64,000 nucleotides of DNA from Callorhinchus milii (lineage: Eukaryota), in the NCBI RefSeq assembly GCF_018977255.1, contig NW_024704743.1, positions 63,676,001 to 63,740,000 of the forward strand, given 5' to 3'. This document shows positions 26,830 through 41,200 of the stretch, piece after piece. The notes under the pieces are model-generated. The model saw nothing but the letters and a program-made list of their open reading frames with translations, was not told the DNA's origin and searched no databases. The position numbers and the translations under genes were made by a program. Position 1 is the stretch's first letter. Each line of letters starts with the position of its first letter.

Positions 26830-27230
26830 GTGTCAGCCTGGCTCACTTGATAGCACTCTTGCCTCTGGGTCAGAAGGTTGCGGATTCAGGTCCTGTGTTG
26901 GGTACATTGACCTCATGGCCTTGGCTGACATTCCAAGGCAGTATTAGGGAGAGCTAAGTTGTTAGAGGTGCCATTCTTTGAATAAAATGTTAGACGAAGG
27001 TCCCATCTGCCTATTCACATGGACGTTAAAGACAAGAGAAAAGAGAAAAGAGTTTCACCCAGTGTCCTATTCAACAAAGCTGCTGTTAAATTAATCATTC
27101 TTCAGGTTGTTTGTGGGATGTATTGCTGTGCACAAAAATTGTGTGCCATGTTTGCCTACAATTACACAGTCCTTTGAGACATTTCAAAATACTAAGTTAT
27201 TATATCAAATGCAAAGAATATTATTATCGA
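26830..27230 (+). mobile_element. Older SacSINE1/Deu-SINE-like element
   Basis: GTCAGCCTGGCTCACTTGATAGCACTCTTGCCTCTGGGTCAGAAGGTTG head, TGTTTGTGGGATG..TTGCTGTGCACAA core, L2-type tail. Related fragments lie at about 14220-14450 (-) and 16330-16600 (+). Confidence 0.7.
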
Positions 27231-29809
27231 GTTTTGGAATAGCAAAAGGCAACATAGCAATATATAAACACAGAGGATTGTATTGTTAAGTGTGATTAAA
27301 TGCAACAATGAATAAAAAGATAATGAATGATTGTGTTGTCCATAAAAGAACGAAGTTCAAGTTCATCTAGATATGGCCAGATTATGTGAATTGGGAACAC
27401 ACATCAAGTGAATAATACAATTTGTCACACCTGGAAAACAAAACTTGCACCAAGGGTTTTAACAACAAAAAGAAAGGTTTATTTTGATAAGGAAGACATT
27501 GCTTATTACAGTCACCTTCTCCAGAGTTTTTTTGAAGCACCCAGTTATATATTGGTGCTTATTCTTTAACCGGTTGCTGGTGTCAATTAGCAAATCTGAT
27601 TGTAGTTCAGCCTTTGTTAGTTACCTTGATTGAAGCACTTTTTTTTAAAGGAGTCACACACAAAAAATGCTCTCATTTACATATAAGTGGAGCGCCAATA
27701 ATCAAAGAAGGCAGCGATAGGGTTTATCCCCTATCACACCATTATAAAACTTAACAAAGCTGGAGACTATCCAGTCTGAGGAGCAGTCTGCACCGTGAGT
27801 ACAGAATTAGGATCTGTATTACAAAAACAAATAAAGAAAGAAGTATCATTTATAATATAGAAGACAGAAATAAAATCTCTTTTATTGCATTATATTTTAA
27901 AGTAATGATTCATCCTACACAAGATTCTTAAACTGTCATTGTGAATTCCTCAACTTGATTTAGATAGGTGACAGCAGTAATATGGAAACAAATTGCTACC
28001 TATATTTCAGGGTTGTAAGATGTTGTAATACATCAGTCAAAGCTAATACTCTGGCAGAGCTGCACTGCATGGTCTGGCAGTTTGACAGTTTCTGTAATTG
28101 TGCTATGATTTGAGTCTGATGCTAACCTGAGGTTTGAATTTTCTTTTTTGGGCATTGTGATATGTTAATCATTACAACAGCTAACATGCAATTGGGAATT
28201 CAGAAGCAAATGCATAAATGGCTCAGCACCACTCTTCCATGTACACCTGTCAGCACAGGGTGAACACCGATTGCCCCACGTGCGGCACCTACACAGTCTA
28301 GACCACACATTAAATATCCAATGGTGCTATTTGAGTTCCAGTGTTCTTGACAACAATTGCCTAAATAAGATTGGATCTTTGTTTCATGGCTGTTTTTGGG
28401 ACATTGCTATGCACAAATTGGCTGCTTTGGGATATCCTCCCAATGTGAAAAGTTCTATACCAAATGTGAGGATCACATTATTTTATGATATTGCAACAAC
28501 AGTAATATATTGAAATATTCAGTGGGTAACTACACTGTGAATTCTAGCAATTGTTAAAGCTTAACTTAGTGGCACTTCTTTCATTTGATTTAAAGTCTTA
28601 AATAGAACAATATATACTTGGTTATCTTGTTTATATTTCTCACCAACAGATTTTTTTAAAAAGAATGAGGATTATTTTGTAACAGACTTTGGCAAAATAA
28701 ATATTTTTAAACCTGATCAGGTATTCTGCTGCAATATGATATTATTTCTGAGCAACTGAATAAGAAACCAGTATAGCTCATGACATTTATAGTTTAAAAA
28801 TCAATAATTGTCAAGGTTGAAAGAATTAATGTCAGTTAGGGGGGCGAGGGATTGTGCTAGTTCAGTTGCACCCTGATATTCCAGGAGACATATACATCTG
28901 CCATAGAACAACTGATGGAATACCACTGTCGTGATCATTTAATATTCCTCTTTTTCAAACCTCTATCTAATTCACTTTTAAGACAATGAATGGACCCTGC
29001 CAAATAACAGCTTGTTATTAAATAACAATATTATTATTGTTATTAAATAACAATTATTAAATAAAGCCACTTTTTTAACTTCCTTTTAATTTGCTTTGTG
29101 CCCTGTTGCTAATAGTAGCCAAACTGTTCATTTGTGTTAATAGTTTACGCTACTATTTATTATTTTGATGTAAATAGTAAGAGCAGTATTTAAACTCTCT
29201 GAGTCTGGGATTAAATATTTAGAATGAGATTGTAAAATAGAAACCAATAACAATGTGTGGGAAAATGTCTTAAAGCATAAAATTTTGGGTTGAAAGTAGC
29301 TATACTGTGTCTCTCACTTAGGATATTTTCAATAGAAGGGCAAACATTAACACTAATATAATAGGTTGAATGGCCTACTGTGTATAGATTTCTATGGTTT
29401 TTGTGTGCTATCAAACTTCTCCTCTTAAGTTGGAGAAATCTTTTGTCTAACAGTTACTGTCGTGTTATTTTACTGGTCTACAGCCATCATGCATTTCTGA
29501 TATATTTGCACCAAGGAATTCCCAGGTGATTGATTGTCAACCTCGGCTGGGCCATTGTGGAGGTGCTGATGAGAGTATAGATTTATTTAGAAAGTAAGAA
29601 ATTTGAATGAAAATTCTGATAAAACCACATTGGTTCATTTCACATTTTTTTAAAAAAAGGTTCATTTTACCTTCACTCACTTTGCAGCAATAGTTCACCA
29701 AACTGATCAGGTGAAATTGATGTTCAGTTCATAACCTTCTCCTGTTTCGAGTGAAACGACCTTACTGTTTTTCAGTGAGGTGTAAACTATCTTACTTACG
29801 TTGCGTTCA

Positions 29810-29952
29810 CATTGCTGTGCGCAATTGGCTGCCGCGTTCGCCCACAAATATACAGTCAATTCACTTTACAGTGTGTTCTGTGAAGCGCTTTGGGACCACC
29901 TCCTGACGTGAAAAGCGCTATATCAAATGCAAGGATTATTATTATTATTATT
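29810..29952 (+). mobile_element. 5'-truncated SINE (core and tail); similar tails at about 330-408, 31445-31545 and 55820-55929
   Basis: CATTGCTGTGCGCAATTGGCTGCCGCG...AAATGCAAGG(ATT)n. Confidence 0.85.
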
Positions 29953-31734
29953 GTTGCATTTTTTTGGTAAAAGATCAACCAGTCAATGTGTAGCCCAAAA
30001 TGCATTGCATGTATGAGCAGATGCTAACTTCCAAAGGAATCAAAGTGGTCATTAGACGTGACCTACTTTTTCTTGTAATACTGACTGTGGTAATGTCGCC
30101 CCGCATATATTATGATTTATTATTTTAAGCATATTAAAGTGAAAAATTGCCAGTGCACTGGAGTGCAATCAAAAAATGCTTGTGGCAATAGGAAAGCAGA
30201 ATGTTACATAGCAGGAGCCCTGCCTGGTAATGTCCCTGAACAGCTTGTAAACAAATTGGAAAACATGATTTGCAGTGGGTCTTGCCTTCAGCATGTTCAA
30301 CGTTTCAGAAGTGAGCTTGTGCCCATTTGTAATTCAGAATAAATGAGATCAGGCCCATCCAGCATTATTAAAGTGAGTCCGGTGAGTAGAAAGGTAGTGC
30401 CATGAACTTTAATTACACAGTGCTGAGCAAAGGCCAACTGCATAATAGCCACAATCTCATCCTTTGAGTGCTGAAGGAAGAGTTCAATTCCTGAATAAAA
30501 AAAGTACATATTTATTTCAAGCGGTTTGCTAGCTCAAATCTATGGCTCTTTACTGTACCATATATAAAGAAAATTCCACTTTTTATGAGAGTCACTGCTT
30601 CCACAGAATTAGGGATAGGTTTAGGGTAAGAGAATAGAGGGGATGGGAGGTAGTGGGTGGAGTCTTGTATGGAGTATGAACACTGACATGGACTGGTTGA
30701 GGTGAATAGCCTGTTTCTATGCTGGTCAGTCTATGAAAATCAATGCAAGTTTTATTTTATAATATAATCACAAGAGATGTAATGAAGAAAGCCTTTCGGC
30801 ACATTTGAGCACATTCTCTAGCATACTGCTCCATTACACCATACTGTTTCTTAAATGAGTTCAGTGATGGCCTCTTCCTGGTAACTTGTTCAGTGGTTGA
30901 TTACTCCTCTGGGTAAAGTCTGTTCTAAATTTGCTGATACACAACCCTGAATGTGTTATCCTGGGTTTACTTTCTCTATCCCATTAAGAATCTTGTACGC
31001 CTCTATAAAATCCCTTCTGAGAAATTTCTTATTAAGACCTAAAAGCCCTAGTTTATCCATTGTTTCTCCTCTTGCTTATAATCAATCTTGAGGGAACAAG
31101 GGATCAGCCTTGTTACTCTCCTTCTCACACCCCACATTTAAAATCTATTTAGGATAACTTCAACATAGCAGGAAGACATATTTACCTGAACCCATTACAA
31201 TGATATAAATATTTGTTTTGATCAATTTTATCTTGTTATTACAAAAGTGAATAAAAGCAATAGAAACATTAACAAAAAGATATTGTGTTTGATTTTCATT
31301 ATAACAACTCAAATTTTCAATATTTTCTAAGGTACAAGTTTAATGTGATTTTAAGGGTGCCTATAAACTTCTGCTACCTCACACAAGTGACTATTGTGTT
31401 CTTCATGAGTGAGCTTTTCACCCATGACTGAGCCAGTCCTTAGCCCAGAAAATATACAATCAATTCACTTTATAGTATATTCTGTGAAGGGCTTTGAGGT
31501 GCCTAGTGATAAGTGATATAATAAATGCAAGGATTATTATTATTTAACACCTGTACTTCCATGAATACCCAAGTCAAACTGAAACATTCCACATATGTAC
31601 ATGTGGAAATTTCCCTGTATCTGGGTTGGAATGAACACTTTCTCTGCAGGGACACACTCTGCTTATCTAATTCTGGCGAATATTAGGCATAGATTGGTAA
31701 GAGCCAAGTTAATAGCAGGAAACATTATTCATGA

Positions 31735-32640
31735 AACAAAACACAAAATACTGTGGGTGCTGGAAATCTGAAACAAAAACAGAAGTCGCTGGGAACACTC
31801 AGCAGGTCAGGCAGCATCTATGGAGAAAGGAAAGTGAGTCAACATTTTGGGTCCACGACCCTTCATCAGAACTGGGGCATATTGGGAGGGAGAGCCTTTT
31901 AAGGGTAACAGAGAGGGGGGAGGCAGGACAAGGAAGACAAAGAAGAAAATGGGGTAGAGGATGATGAGTTAAGGAGTATTAATGATGCAAAACAAGTATT
32001 GCAACAAAGTAGGGGAATGGAGGTGTCAAGAAAGCAAAGCGGGGGAAAAATGTAACAAAATAGGCAGACCAGAGAGGGAAGAAGTGTGTCTGGGACCCAG
32101 ATGATGTGGGGGAGGGGAAAGGTGAGCTGTTATAGTCTGAAATTGTTGAAATCAATATTGAGGCCAGAGGGCTGTAAGGTCCCGAGCAGATAAATGAGGG
32201 GCTGTTCCTCGAGCTTGCGCTGTAGCTCATTGGAACAGTGTAGGAGACCATGAATGGAGAGGTCAGAGTGCAAGTGGGAGGGAGAGTTGAAATGGCAAGA
32301 AACCAGAAGCTCAGGGTTGTGGTTTCAGAGAGAACGAACATGTTCAGCAAATCCGTCGCCCAATCTGCGTTTGGTCTCCCCAATGTACAAAAGACCACGT
32401 CATGAGCAGCGAATGCGGTAAACTGCATTGGTGGTAGTACATGGAAATCATTGTCTCATTGAAAACTGTGTTTGGGGCCCTGGATAGTGGTATGGGAGGA
32501 GGTGAAAGGGCAAGTATTGCATCTCCTGCGCTGGCATGGGAAGGTGCCGGGGGAGGAGAGCAACTGTTGATGGTGATGGAGGAATGAACTAGGGAGTCAC
32601 GGAGGGGAAGGTCACTTTGGAATGCTGAGAGGGGAGGGAA
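31735..32640 (-). mobile_element. Penelope-like retroelement remnant with GIY-YIG endonuclease
   Basis: The minus frame near 32430-32140 reads NAVYRIRCS*RGLLYIGETKRRLGDGFAEH...CHFNSPSH...RKLEEQ...GTLQPSGLNIDFNNF, with an in-frame stop. Confidence 0.85.
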
Positions 32641-34314
32641 AGATATGCTTATTAGTTAAATCACGGAATTGGATCAAACATTATTCATGCTTATGCGGAG
32701 GCGACAAAGAAAAAACTAAAAATATGATCAGAATTTCTGTCAAGCATTGAATGTTATTTGGATAACTTATGGGGTGTGTTCCCAGCTCAGAAAGAACATG
32801 TCACAGCCTGAACATTGTGGAATGTGATGTGCTTCATTTATTACAGTGATACTAAATTGACTTGCACATTACTCATCGTTTGACTAGTACAGATCAGCCC
32901 TCCCTAAGAGCATTCTAGCCTGGTACAAGTTACTGTCTGCATGAATCAGAATCCTTAATGATTTAACATGGATTTAAGTCAATAAGACTACGCTCTCAAA
33001 ATTAGTTGCTTAATTAACTGGCTCTACTCTAAAATTCTTCATGGTCTTGGGCATCACCTGCAAAAAAGAACTGCAAAAAATTTCTTCCAAATTAAGACGG
33101 AATTTAAGAATTTTAAATTAATGATTGCACCACCATCAACACCTCAATGATGGTGGTACAATCCCCGCGAAGCAGTATCGCGACAGTGTTGCAGAGGTGG
33201 TAAAATGTCCTTAATGCCCACGAGAATGTTTCATCAATGAATAAACTGAAGTCATGTGAAATGCACTCTGATTTTTGGGATTACTTCATTTGCTTCAGGT
33301 CTCTGAAGTCGGTGTTCATTTATCAGAAAGCTAGTGGAGTGTTTGGATTTGCCTGTCAGAGTTGAATCCAGGCCTGAAGTCTGGATTTCTGAGCTGCAAG
33401 CAGCAATTCCAGAGGGACAAGCCTCTTGAAATGTTTTGTTAGCCGATGACCTTATACGAACAGTTGAGTTTTTTCATTATATTCACTGCAGTTTTTCAGG
33501 CTTCATGTGATTTGGAGAGTCTAATGCAGACAGTTATTTGCACTTATCACAATAGCGCCGCTAGGGACACAACTACAATATTGACACTTGAATCTACTAC
33601 AGTTAAATATTATGTTACTGTAATACAGACCTGGAGAGTTGAGACAATTTGTTGTTAGTGGTGCAAATTCAAACAATTAAATAGTTTTATTGTTATGTCT
33701 GTTAGTTTTGGCTACTTAAATAGTGACATCTTATTAAATTCAGTTATAAATATGGTATAAATGGTTCACCTTTTGACAATTTCCCCAGTGAATGCACAGC
33801 AGGAAAGCTTCGCGTTCACAAGAGAGAGAATTGATAAATCAATGGCAAAGATTTAGTGCTAGAATAATGCATGAGAGTCATTATCTTGTCACTGTCTCAT
33901 GTGTGTCTATGTGAATCTTTTGTGCGTCTGTGTGTGCTTACATGTCTGTTTGTCCACGTGTGCATGCAAAAAAATATAATTCACTGATACTAAAGTGTGT
34001 TTCATTTATATGACTAGTGTGGGGATAGTTTTAATTAAAATGAAGTAATACAATATTAAAATAAAAACTTATACAAAGGTTATTAGAACATCTCTCATCA
34101 TATTGTGTGGTCATATTCTAGTCCACCTCCTCTCATCTTTGTTAAAGATAATGGAGAAAATACTCATGAGCATAGGAAAAAGTGCACTCTAAGCTATTTA
34201 GTAAGCAATATTGAGAACTAGTGGTAATTTAAAAAATTACATGAACTTTCCCAACTTTGATCCACAGAAACTAAGGCACAGTTGGCTAGCCAATATTAAA
34301 GGCAAAAAATCTTC

Positions 34315-36215
34315 AACAACAACAACTTGGATTTATCTCAGACCGCTTCACAGTAACGGATCCCGGGGCGAGCCAGGGGGAGGGGGAGGAAGGTGACCAA
34401 AGGCGCGGTCGAAAAGAAAGGTCTTCAGCCGAGACCTGAAAATAGGAAGGCGGGGGTGGGGGATGGCGAGGTGAAGGGAGTGAGGAAGGGAGTTCCAGAG
34501 CCTCAGGGCGTAGTGGCTGAAGGCACGGTCGTCGATGGTGGAGCGGAGGATTTGGGGAACAAAGAGGAGGCCAGACCCGGTGGAGTGAAGGCGATGGGCA
34601 CTGTTGTGAGGAGAGAGGTCAGAGAGGTAGGGGGGCGCAGAGGAGTGGAGGGATTTGAAGACAAGGGTGAGGATCTTGAAGTCGATCCTCTCTGGGACAG
34701 GCAGCCAGTGCAGTCTGGCAAGGACTGGGGTAATCGGGGAGTGGAGTTTGGTGCGGGTAAGAATGCAGGCGGCAGAGTTTTGTATGACCTGGATTTTATG
34801 GATGGTAGTGGAGGGGAGGCTGGCGAGGAGGGCATTTGAATAGTCCAGCCAAGAGGTGACAAAAGCATGGACCAGGGTTTCAGACGGGTGATGCGTCAGA
34901 GGTGGAAGAAAGCGGTGCTGGTGAGGGACCGGATGTGGGGGAGGAAGGTATAATTGAGGGTCGAATCTGATGCCTAGGTTGTGTACGGGTTCGGAGAGTT
35001 TTAGGGGGAGATTGGGTAGGTGGAGGAGGTGAGAACCATGTGATTTTAGATGTTGACAAGAGCCAAAGAGTATGGCTTCCATCTTGTCAACATTCAGCTG
35101 AAGGAAATTCATGCTCATCCTGCTCATGATGTCTGCCAGGCAGGCTGACAGAACATCAGGGGACTGGGGGTTGCAAAGTGAGGTGGAAAAATAGAGTTGG
35201 GTGACGTCCGCATACATGTGGAAGTGTACCCCATGTCTGCGGATAACAACCCCAAGAGGGAGCCATATAGATTAGGAAGAGGAGGGGCCAAGGATGGATC
35301 CTTGGGGTACCTTGTAGGTAACTGGGTGAGAGTGGGAGGAAAAGTCATTTGTGCAGATGTACTGCTGGTGGTTCGTGAGGTAGGACTCAAACCAGGCGAG
35401 TGCAGTCCCACTGAGGTGGATGACGGAGGAAAGGCGGTGGAGGAGGATTGTGTGATCGACTGTGTCGAAAGCGGCGGAGAGGTCCAGGAGGATAAGGAGG
35501 CAGAGGGACCCCTGGTCACTGATAGAGAGGATGTCATTTGAGACTTTCACAAGCGCAGTCTCTGTACTATGGGCAGGGCGGACACCGGACTGGAGGGGTT
35601 CGAAGAGGGAGTGAGAGGAGAGGTGTGAGCGGAGTCGATTGGCAACAACGCATTCTAGGACTTTGGCGACGAAGGGCAGGTTTGAAATAGGGCGGTAATG
35701 GCTGGGGTTTGAGGAATCTAGGGAAGGTTTTTTGAGGAGGGGGGTGATGACAGCAGTTTTGAGGGGGGCAGGGACTGATCCAGAGGAGAGGGACTGGTTG
35801 ATGACATCAGCCAGAAGTGGGCAGAGGAGGGGTAGCTGGGTGTCCAGCAAGTTGGTGGGGAGGGGGTCGAGGCAGCAGGTGGTGGGTTTCATTGAAGCAA
35901 TGATGGGTGAGAGGGAGGAAGGAGAGATGGGGAGGAAGGAATGTAGGATGGAGGTCATGGTAGGAGTTGATGATGGGGAGCGTGAGGGAGACGGAGAGGG
36001 GGTGACAAGAGGCAGGAGGATGAGGCTGCCGGGCAGATGTTATGTATTTTGGTTGAAAAGATGTCCATGACCTCCTCACACTTGGCATTAGATGTGAAGA
36101 TTGAGGAGGCCTGAGGGGATCCAGGGAGGAGGTAGTGGGTGGTGGGGAAAAACGTACTTTGGTATTGTTTTTAGCCTCCAAGATGACGTTGGAGTAGAAG
36201 GCCGTTTTTGTCGTG
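34315..36215 (-). mobile_element. Degenerate L2 LINE ORF2 RT and C-terminal fragment
   Basis: YRPISNLPFVAKVLE, HSTETAL, LLDLSAAFDTVDH, VPQGSILGP, YADVTQLY, LHWLPV. Confidence 0.92.
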
Positions 36216-36369
36216 TCAAAGAACAGCGGTAGCTGTGGAGATGCTCGAACCACGGTACTCCAAAGCAGAAATTTCACACTCACACAGATAGATATAAAAA
36301 TCCATACACAGACAAATTCACTAAGTGTTAAATTAGTGTCCTATTTGTATCCTTTGTGTAAATATATTA

Positions 36370-38080
36370 TAAAATAAACAATGTCAAATGGAATTCTTGA
36401 TAGGGTCAAAGGCGGTCGAGAGGATGAGGAGGGTTAGTGACCCCGGTTGCAGACAGATAGGATGTCATGCATTTCACAAAGGTAGTGACAGCGCTGTGGG
36501 TACGTTGAAAGTCGGACTCAAACAGGGAAAGATGAGAGAAGTTGGAATGTGGTTGTGAGGGACAACATACAGTATTAAAATAATAATCATTGCATTTGAT
36601 TTAGTTTAATGTTGAGAATATCTCCAAGTGTGCTACAAGATTTCTCTAAAATGTAATGATTGTGTATTTGTAGGTGAACACCACAGCCAATTTGCACGCA
36701 GCAATGTCCAACAAACAGCTATGAACTGAATGATAAATTTTATCTGGAGGATTGTTATTCCAGTAATTTAAAGAAAAGGATCAAGTTAGAGATAGGGCGA
36801 TAGTTTGAGAGTTTAAAGTGTTCAAGGGTGTTTTATTTGAGATGAGCAGTAGTTTTTCATCAGTTCCCAAAGACAGAGAGAGGGTTAATGATATTCACCA
36901 CATGAGACCAAGTTATGGTATGTAGGTAGCTAGGTGGGAAGAGTTGGTAGAGAATCGAGGGAACAGGGTGTAGGTTTAATGTAAGGGATGAGAGTAGTGA
37001 GAGATGAAGGGGAGATGGTGGAAAAGATGTGTAGGCAAGGGGGTAGCAGGGATAAGGGATGAGTGGGTGTGAAAGAAAGGCTGGTGGAGGAGGCTGATGG
37101 CATCATCAACAACAACAACAAAATTACATTTGTAAAGCGCCTTTCACCTCGGGAGAACGTCCCAAGTTGCTGAACAGTCAAGTATCAGGACCTGAGTGTG
37201 GGTGGGGGGGCAGGTTTGGGATGAGAGAGAGCAGAGGGAGTAGGAGGGCGGCTGAAGGCACAGTCAAAAAGGAGGATCTTGAGTCATGCCTTGAAGGAGG
37301 CAAGAGAAGAAGCAAGGTGAAGGGATTGTGGGATGGAGCTCCAAAGAGTGGGGGCAGAGAGGCTGAAAGCCCGGCCGATCAATTGTGGGCACAAAGAAAT
37401 GTATGATCTCACATTTTGAATTGTAAGTAATAATGGTGGGGGCTTAGGAGTGTGGTCAGAGGAGGTAGAATCATGGTCAGTTCAGAAAAGGTTCAGGTCT
37501 CTCCTTGCCTTCCAGGAATATAATAATCCTTACAGTTGACATAGCAACTGTCATGGCAAGAGGATGTCACAAAGCACTTCATAGGATATCTATAAAGTGC
37601 AGTGATGGTGTGTTTTGAAAGCAAACACAGCAACTAATTTTGCACAGGGGGGAAATTCTGTAAAGGATCTCATAATATTGCCTTCTGGAAATGAAAATAA
37701 ACTTTGATATTATTTTTGTGTCAGTTCATAGCTGTTTGTTGGACATTGCTGGGTGCAAATTGGCTGTGGCGTTCACCTACAAATACACAATCATTACATT
37801 TTAGAGAAATCTTGTAGCACACTTGGAGATATTCTCAACATTAAACTAAATCAAATGCAATGATTATTATTTTAATACTGTATGTTGTCCCTCACAACCA
37901 AATTCCAACTTCTCTCATCTTTCCCTGTTTGAGTCCGACTTTCAACGTACCCACAGCACTGTCACTACCTTTGTGAAATGCATGACATCCTATCTGTCTG
38001 CAACCGGGGTCACTAACCCTCCTCATCCTCTCGACCGCCTTTGACCCTATCAAGAATTCCATTTGACATTGTTTATTTTA
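36370..38080. repeat. 360-bp near-perfect inverted repeat (arms 36370-36729 and 37721-38080)
   Basis: The arms are reverse complements, with about 4 mismatches found by eye; the spacer is about 990 bp. Confidence 0.93.
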
Positions 38081-38614
38081 CACCAAGTGCAGGAACTTGG
38101 TAAAGACGTGCATTGCCACTGCACCTCAATGGTTACTGCTGGCACTTTCTCACTGACAGACAACACTGATACCTAACCAGCTGTTAGTTTAGATTAACAC
38201 ACACAGGTGTTACTCTTGCTGTAAAGGACACTAATGTCATTGCAGAAAGTTTCTTTCAATTTGCTTTTAGATGACGATTAATTACTGTGTTACAGAAAGG
38301 CAATAACTTGTTACACAAACCAGATGTGCAGAAGAGGAATGCAACGGGCTGATGAAAGGGTAGAAGCAATGCCATCCATTGTAATTGTGATGCACTACAT
38401 TTACTTTAGTAATTATGGCAACTGAGGATTGATGACAGAAGCACTGCAAGGCTTACTTAACAGATTTCCCATTGCTACTGATCAACACTTCCCTATTTCT
38501 CTGATGGCAGAGAGCTGGTGTTGAGAACCATTAAAACACAATGGACTTGTTGAGTATAGTATCCTTTCTGTGACCTATGAGTTCTTGGTGTTACTTTGCC
38601 CTCATTAGTTTAGA

Positions 38615-39300
38615 GAGGATACAAAATTGGCTGGGAGATAGAAGGCAGAGAATAATGGTGAACAGTTGTTTCTCTGACTGGAGGGAAGTCTACAGTGGTG
38701 TCCCCCAGGGATCGTTTTTAGGACCACTGCTCTTTTTAATCTTTAGACAAATGACCTTGACCTGGGTATAGGGAGCACAATTTCCAAGTTTGCAGATGAT
38801 ACACAGCTAGAAAAAGTTGTAAACATTGAGGAGGCTGGTAGCAGACTGCAGGAAGACTTAGACAGACTGATGAAATGGGCAGACACATGGCCGATGAAAT
38901 TTAATGCAGAGAAATGAGAAGTGATACATTTTGTGACGAAGAATGAGGAGAGGCAAATAAACTGGTACAATCTTAAAGGGAATGCAGGAAAAGAGAGACC
39001 TGGGGGTCCACACTAGCAAATCTTTGAAGGTGGCAGGACAGGAAGATATAGCTGTTAAAAAAGCATCCAGGATCCTTGGCTTTATAAATAAGGGCATAGC
39101 ATACAAAAATAAGGAGATTATGAACCTTTATAAAACACTGGTTAGGCCTCAGCTAGAGTACTGTGTTCAATTCTGGGCACTACACTTTAGGAAGGATGTC
39201 AAGACCTTGAAGAGGGTGCAAACGAGATTAATTTGGATAGCTCTTTCAAAGAGCCAGCACGTACACGATGAGCCATCTTCTGTGCTGTATAATTCTGATT
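38615..39300 (+). mobile_element. CR1-clade (HER1-like) LINE ORF2 3' fragment
   Basis: IQNWLGDRRQR, SGVPQGSFLGPLLFLIF, SKFADDT, LYKTLVRPQLEYCVQFW. Confidence 0.9.
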
Positions 39301-39669
39301 CTAAAGGAGACAGAAAGAATAAAACATAGAATTATAGCATAGACGGACGCTATTCAGTCAGTCCATCAAGCCTCTACTTTGATCAACTGTGGTCTAACAC
39401 ATGTGGAAATCATCACCATACTGGAGTAGTGCCACCGACACATAATAATGACCCTTGCATTTATAGCACCTCTCACGTCAGGGTGTGGGGGCAGCACTTT
39501 ACACTACACTGTGGAGGGAGGAGCTGGGGAGGCCATAAGACCATAATACATAAGAGCAGGAGTAGGCCATTCGGCCCCTCGAGCCTGCCCCGCTATTTAA
39601 TAAGATCATGGCTGATCTTCTAACTTAATTCCATTAACTCTATCCCCATATCCCTTAAACCCTTCCCAA

Positions 39670-41200
39670 CAAGCAATGAGTTTGCATAGTCACACCTCGA
39701 TGTAATGAAAGCATGTATGAGGGTATCAGCGGCTTGCGGTGTGAGACAGTATCGGACCTGGGCGATGTTGCGGAGGTGGGGGATGGCAGAGCGGGTCATG
39801 GTACAGATGTGGGGTAGAAAGGATAGTTGAGGGTCAAACAAGACCCCAAGGTTCCGGACTGGCTTAGTGAGGTGGAGTATGCAGCCATGGATGGTGATGT
39901 TGTCAGCGCCTGAGGTGAGGAGGTGCTGACAGAAGTCAATCAGGAGAGCCTCGGTCTTGTTGATGTTCAACTGAAGAAAGTTAGCTCTCATCTAGAACTT
40001 GATGTCTGACAGACATTCTGTCAACACAGCAGTGGTCCTGGAGTGAAGGGTGGATGCAGAAAGGTAGAGTTGGATGTCATCCACATACATGTTGAAGTTA
40101 ATCCCATGTCTGCGGATGACGTCACCAAGAGGGAGCGTATAGATATTGAAGAGGAGGGGACCAAGGACAGAGCCATGAGGAACCCCGCATGAGATGGTGT
40201 GGGGGCTAGAGGAGAAGCCACTTGTGAAGATGACGTGGAGACTGTGTGAGAGGTACGATCTGAACCATTCAAGGACAGAATCATGAAGGTTGAGGTGAAA
40301 GGAGAGCCCTGGTCGCAGATCATTTGTCATTTTCACCCAAAGAGCAGTGGAAATCTGGAACTTTACCCCCCAAAAGGCTGTGGATGCTGTTTCTGTGATG
40401 TGGGCGGCTCGGAAACCCGATTGGAGGGGTTTGTGAAGGGAGTGGTGGGAGACGAAGGAGTGAAGCTATGAAGCAATGACTCATTCCAGGATCTTGGAAA
40501 GGAAACGGAGGTTGGAGATGGGGTGGTAATTTGAGAGCAGGGATGGGTCCAGGGTGGGTTTTTTTAAGGAGTGATGACGGCCATTTTTAAAGGGGTGGGA
40601 ATGATGCCAGTGGACAGGGAGAGGTTTATGATGTCTGTAAGTAGAGGGTCAAGGAGGTGGAGCTCAGAGGTAAGTAGAGAGGTAGGGATGGGGTCGAGGG
40701 AGCAGGTGGTCGATTTCATGTGGGTTATAGTGGTGATGAGAGAGGAGGGGGAAGACAGTTTCGATGGTGTGGAGGGAGGGATGGGTAGGGACCGGTTGTG
40801 AGAGGGAGATGGGGAGGGGGTAGTAGACAGAAGGGCAGAGGCACCTGAGCAGATCCTCTGACTTTGGTTTCGCGGAAGTCCAGCATCACCTCGCAATTGG
40901 CATTTGAGGTGAGGATGGGCGAGGCATCAAAGGGTGGGCGGAGGAGCCGGTTGGTGATAGAGAAGAGGAGCCTGGGGTTGCCTTGGCCTCCAAGATTGTC
41001 TTGGAGCAGAAGCACGATTTAGCTGAGGTGAGGGCAGAGCAGTAAGTTTTGATAAGGTCCAGCCAGATCTGCCGATGGACTGTTAAATTAGATTTGAGCC
41101 AAGTGTGTTCAGCGGCATGAGGGAGTGGAGGTGGCTGGTGTACCGGGGTGACTTCCGTGAGTAGGAAACGGTTTGGGAAGTGAGGGAACCACGCCATAGT
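39670..41200 (-). mobile_element. Degenerate L2 LINE ORF2 fragment
   Basis: GVPHGSVLGPLLFNIY, MYVDDIQLY, NFLQLNINKTE, TTCSLDPIPT. Confidence 0.88.

Noticed and set aside
34348..35958. Active reverse transcriptase gene
   Set aside because: Frameshifted and 5'-truncated, with the catalytic YADD mutated to YADV; it is a dead L2 copy.
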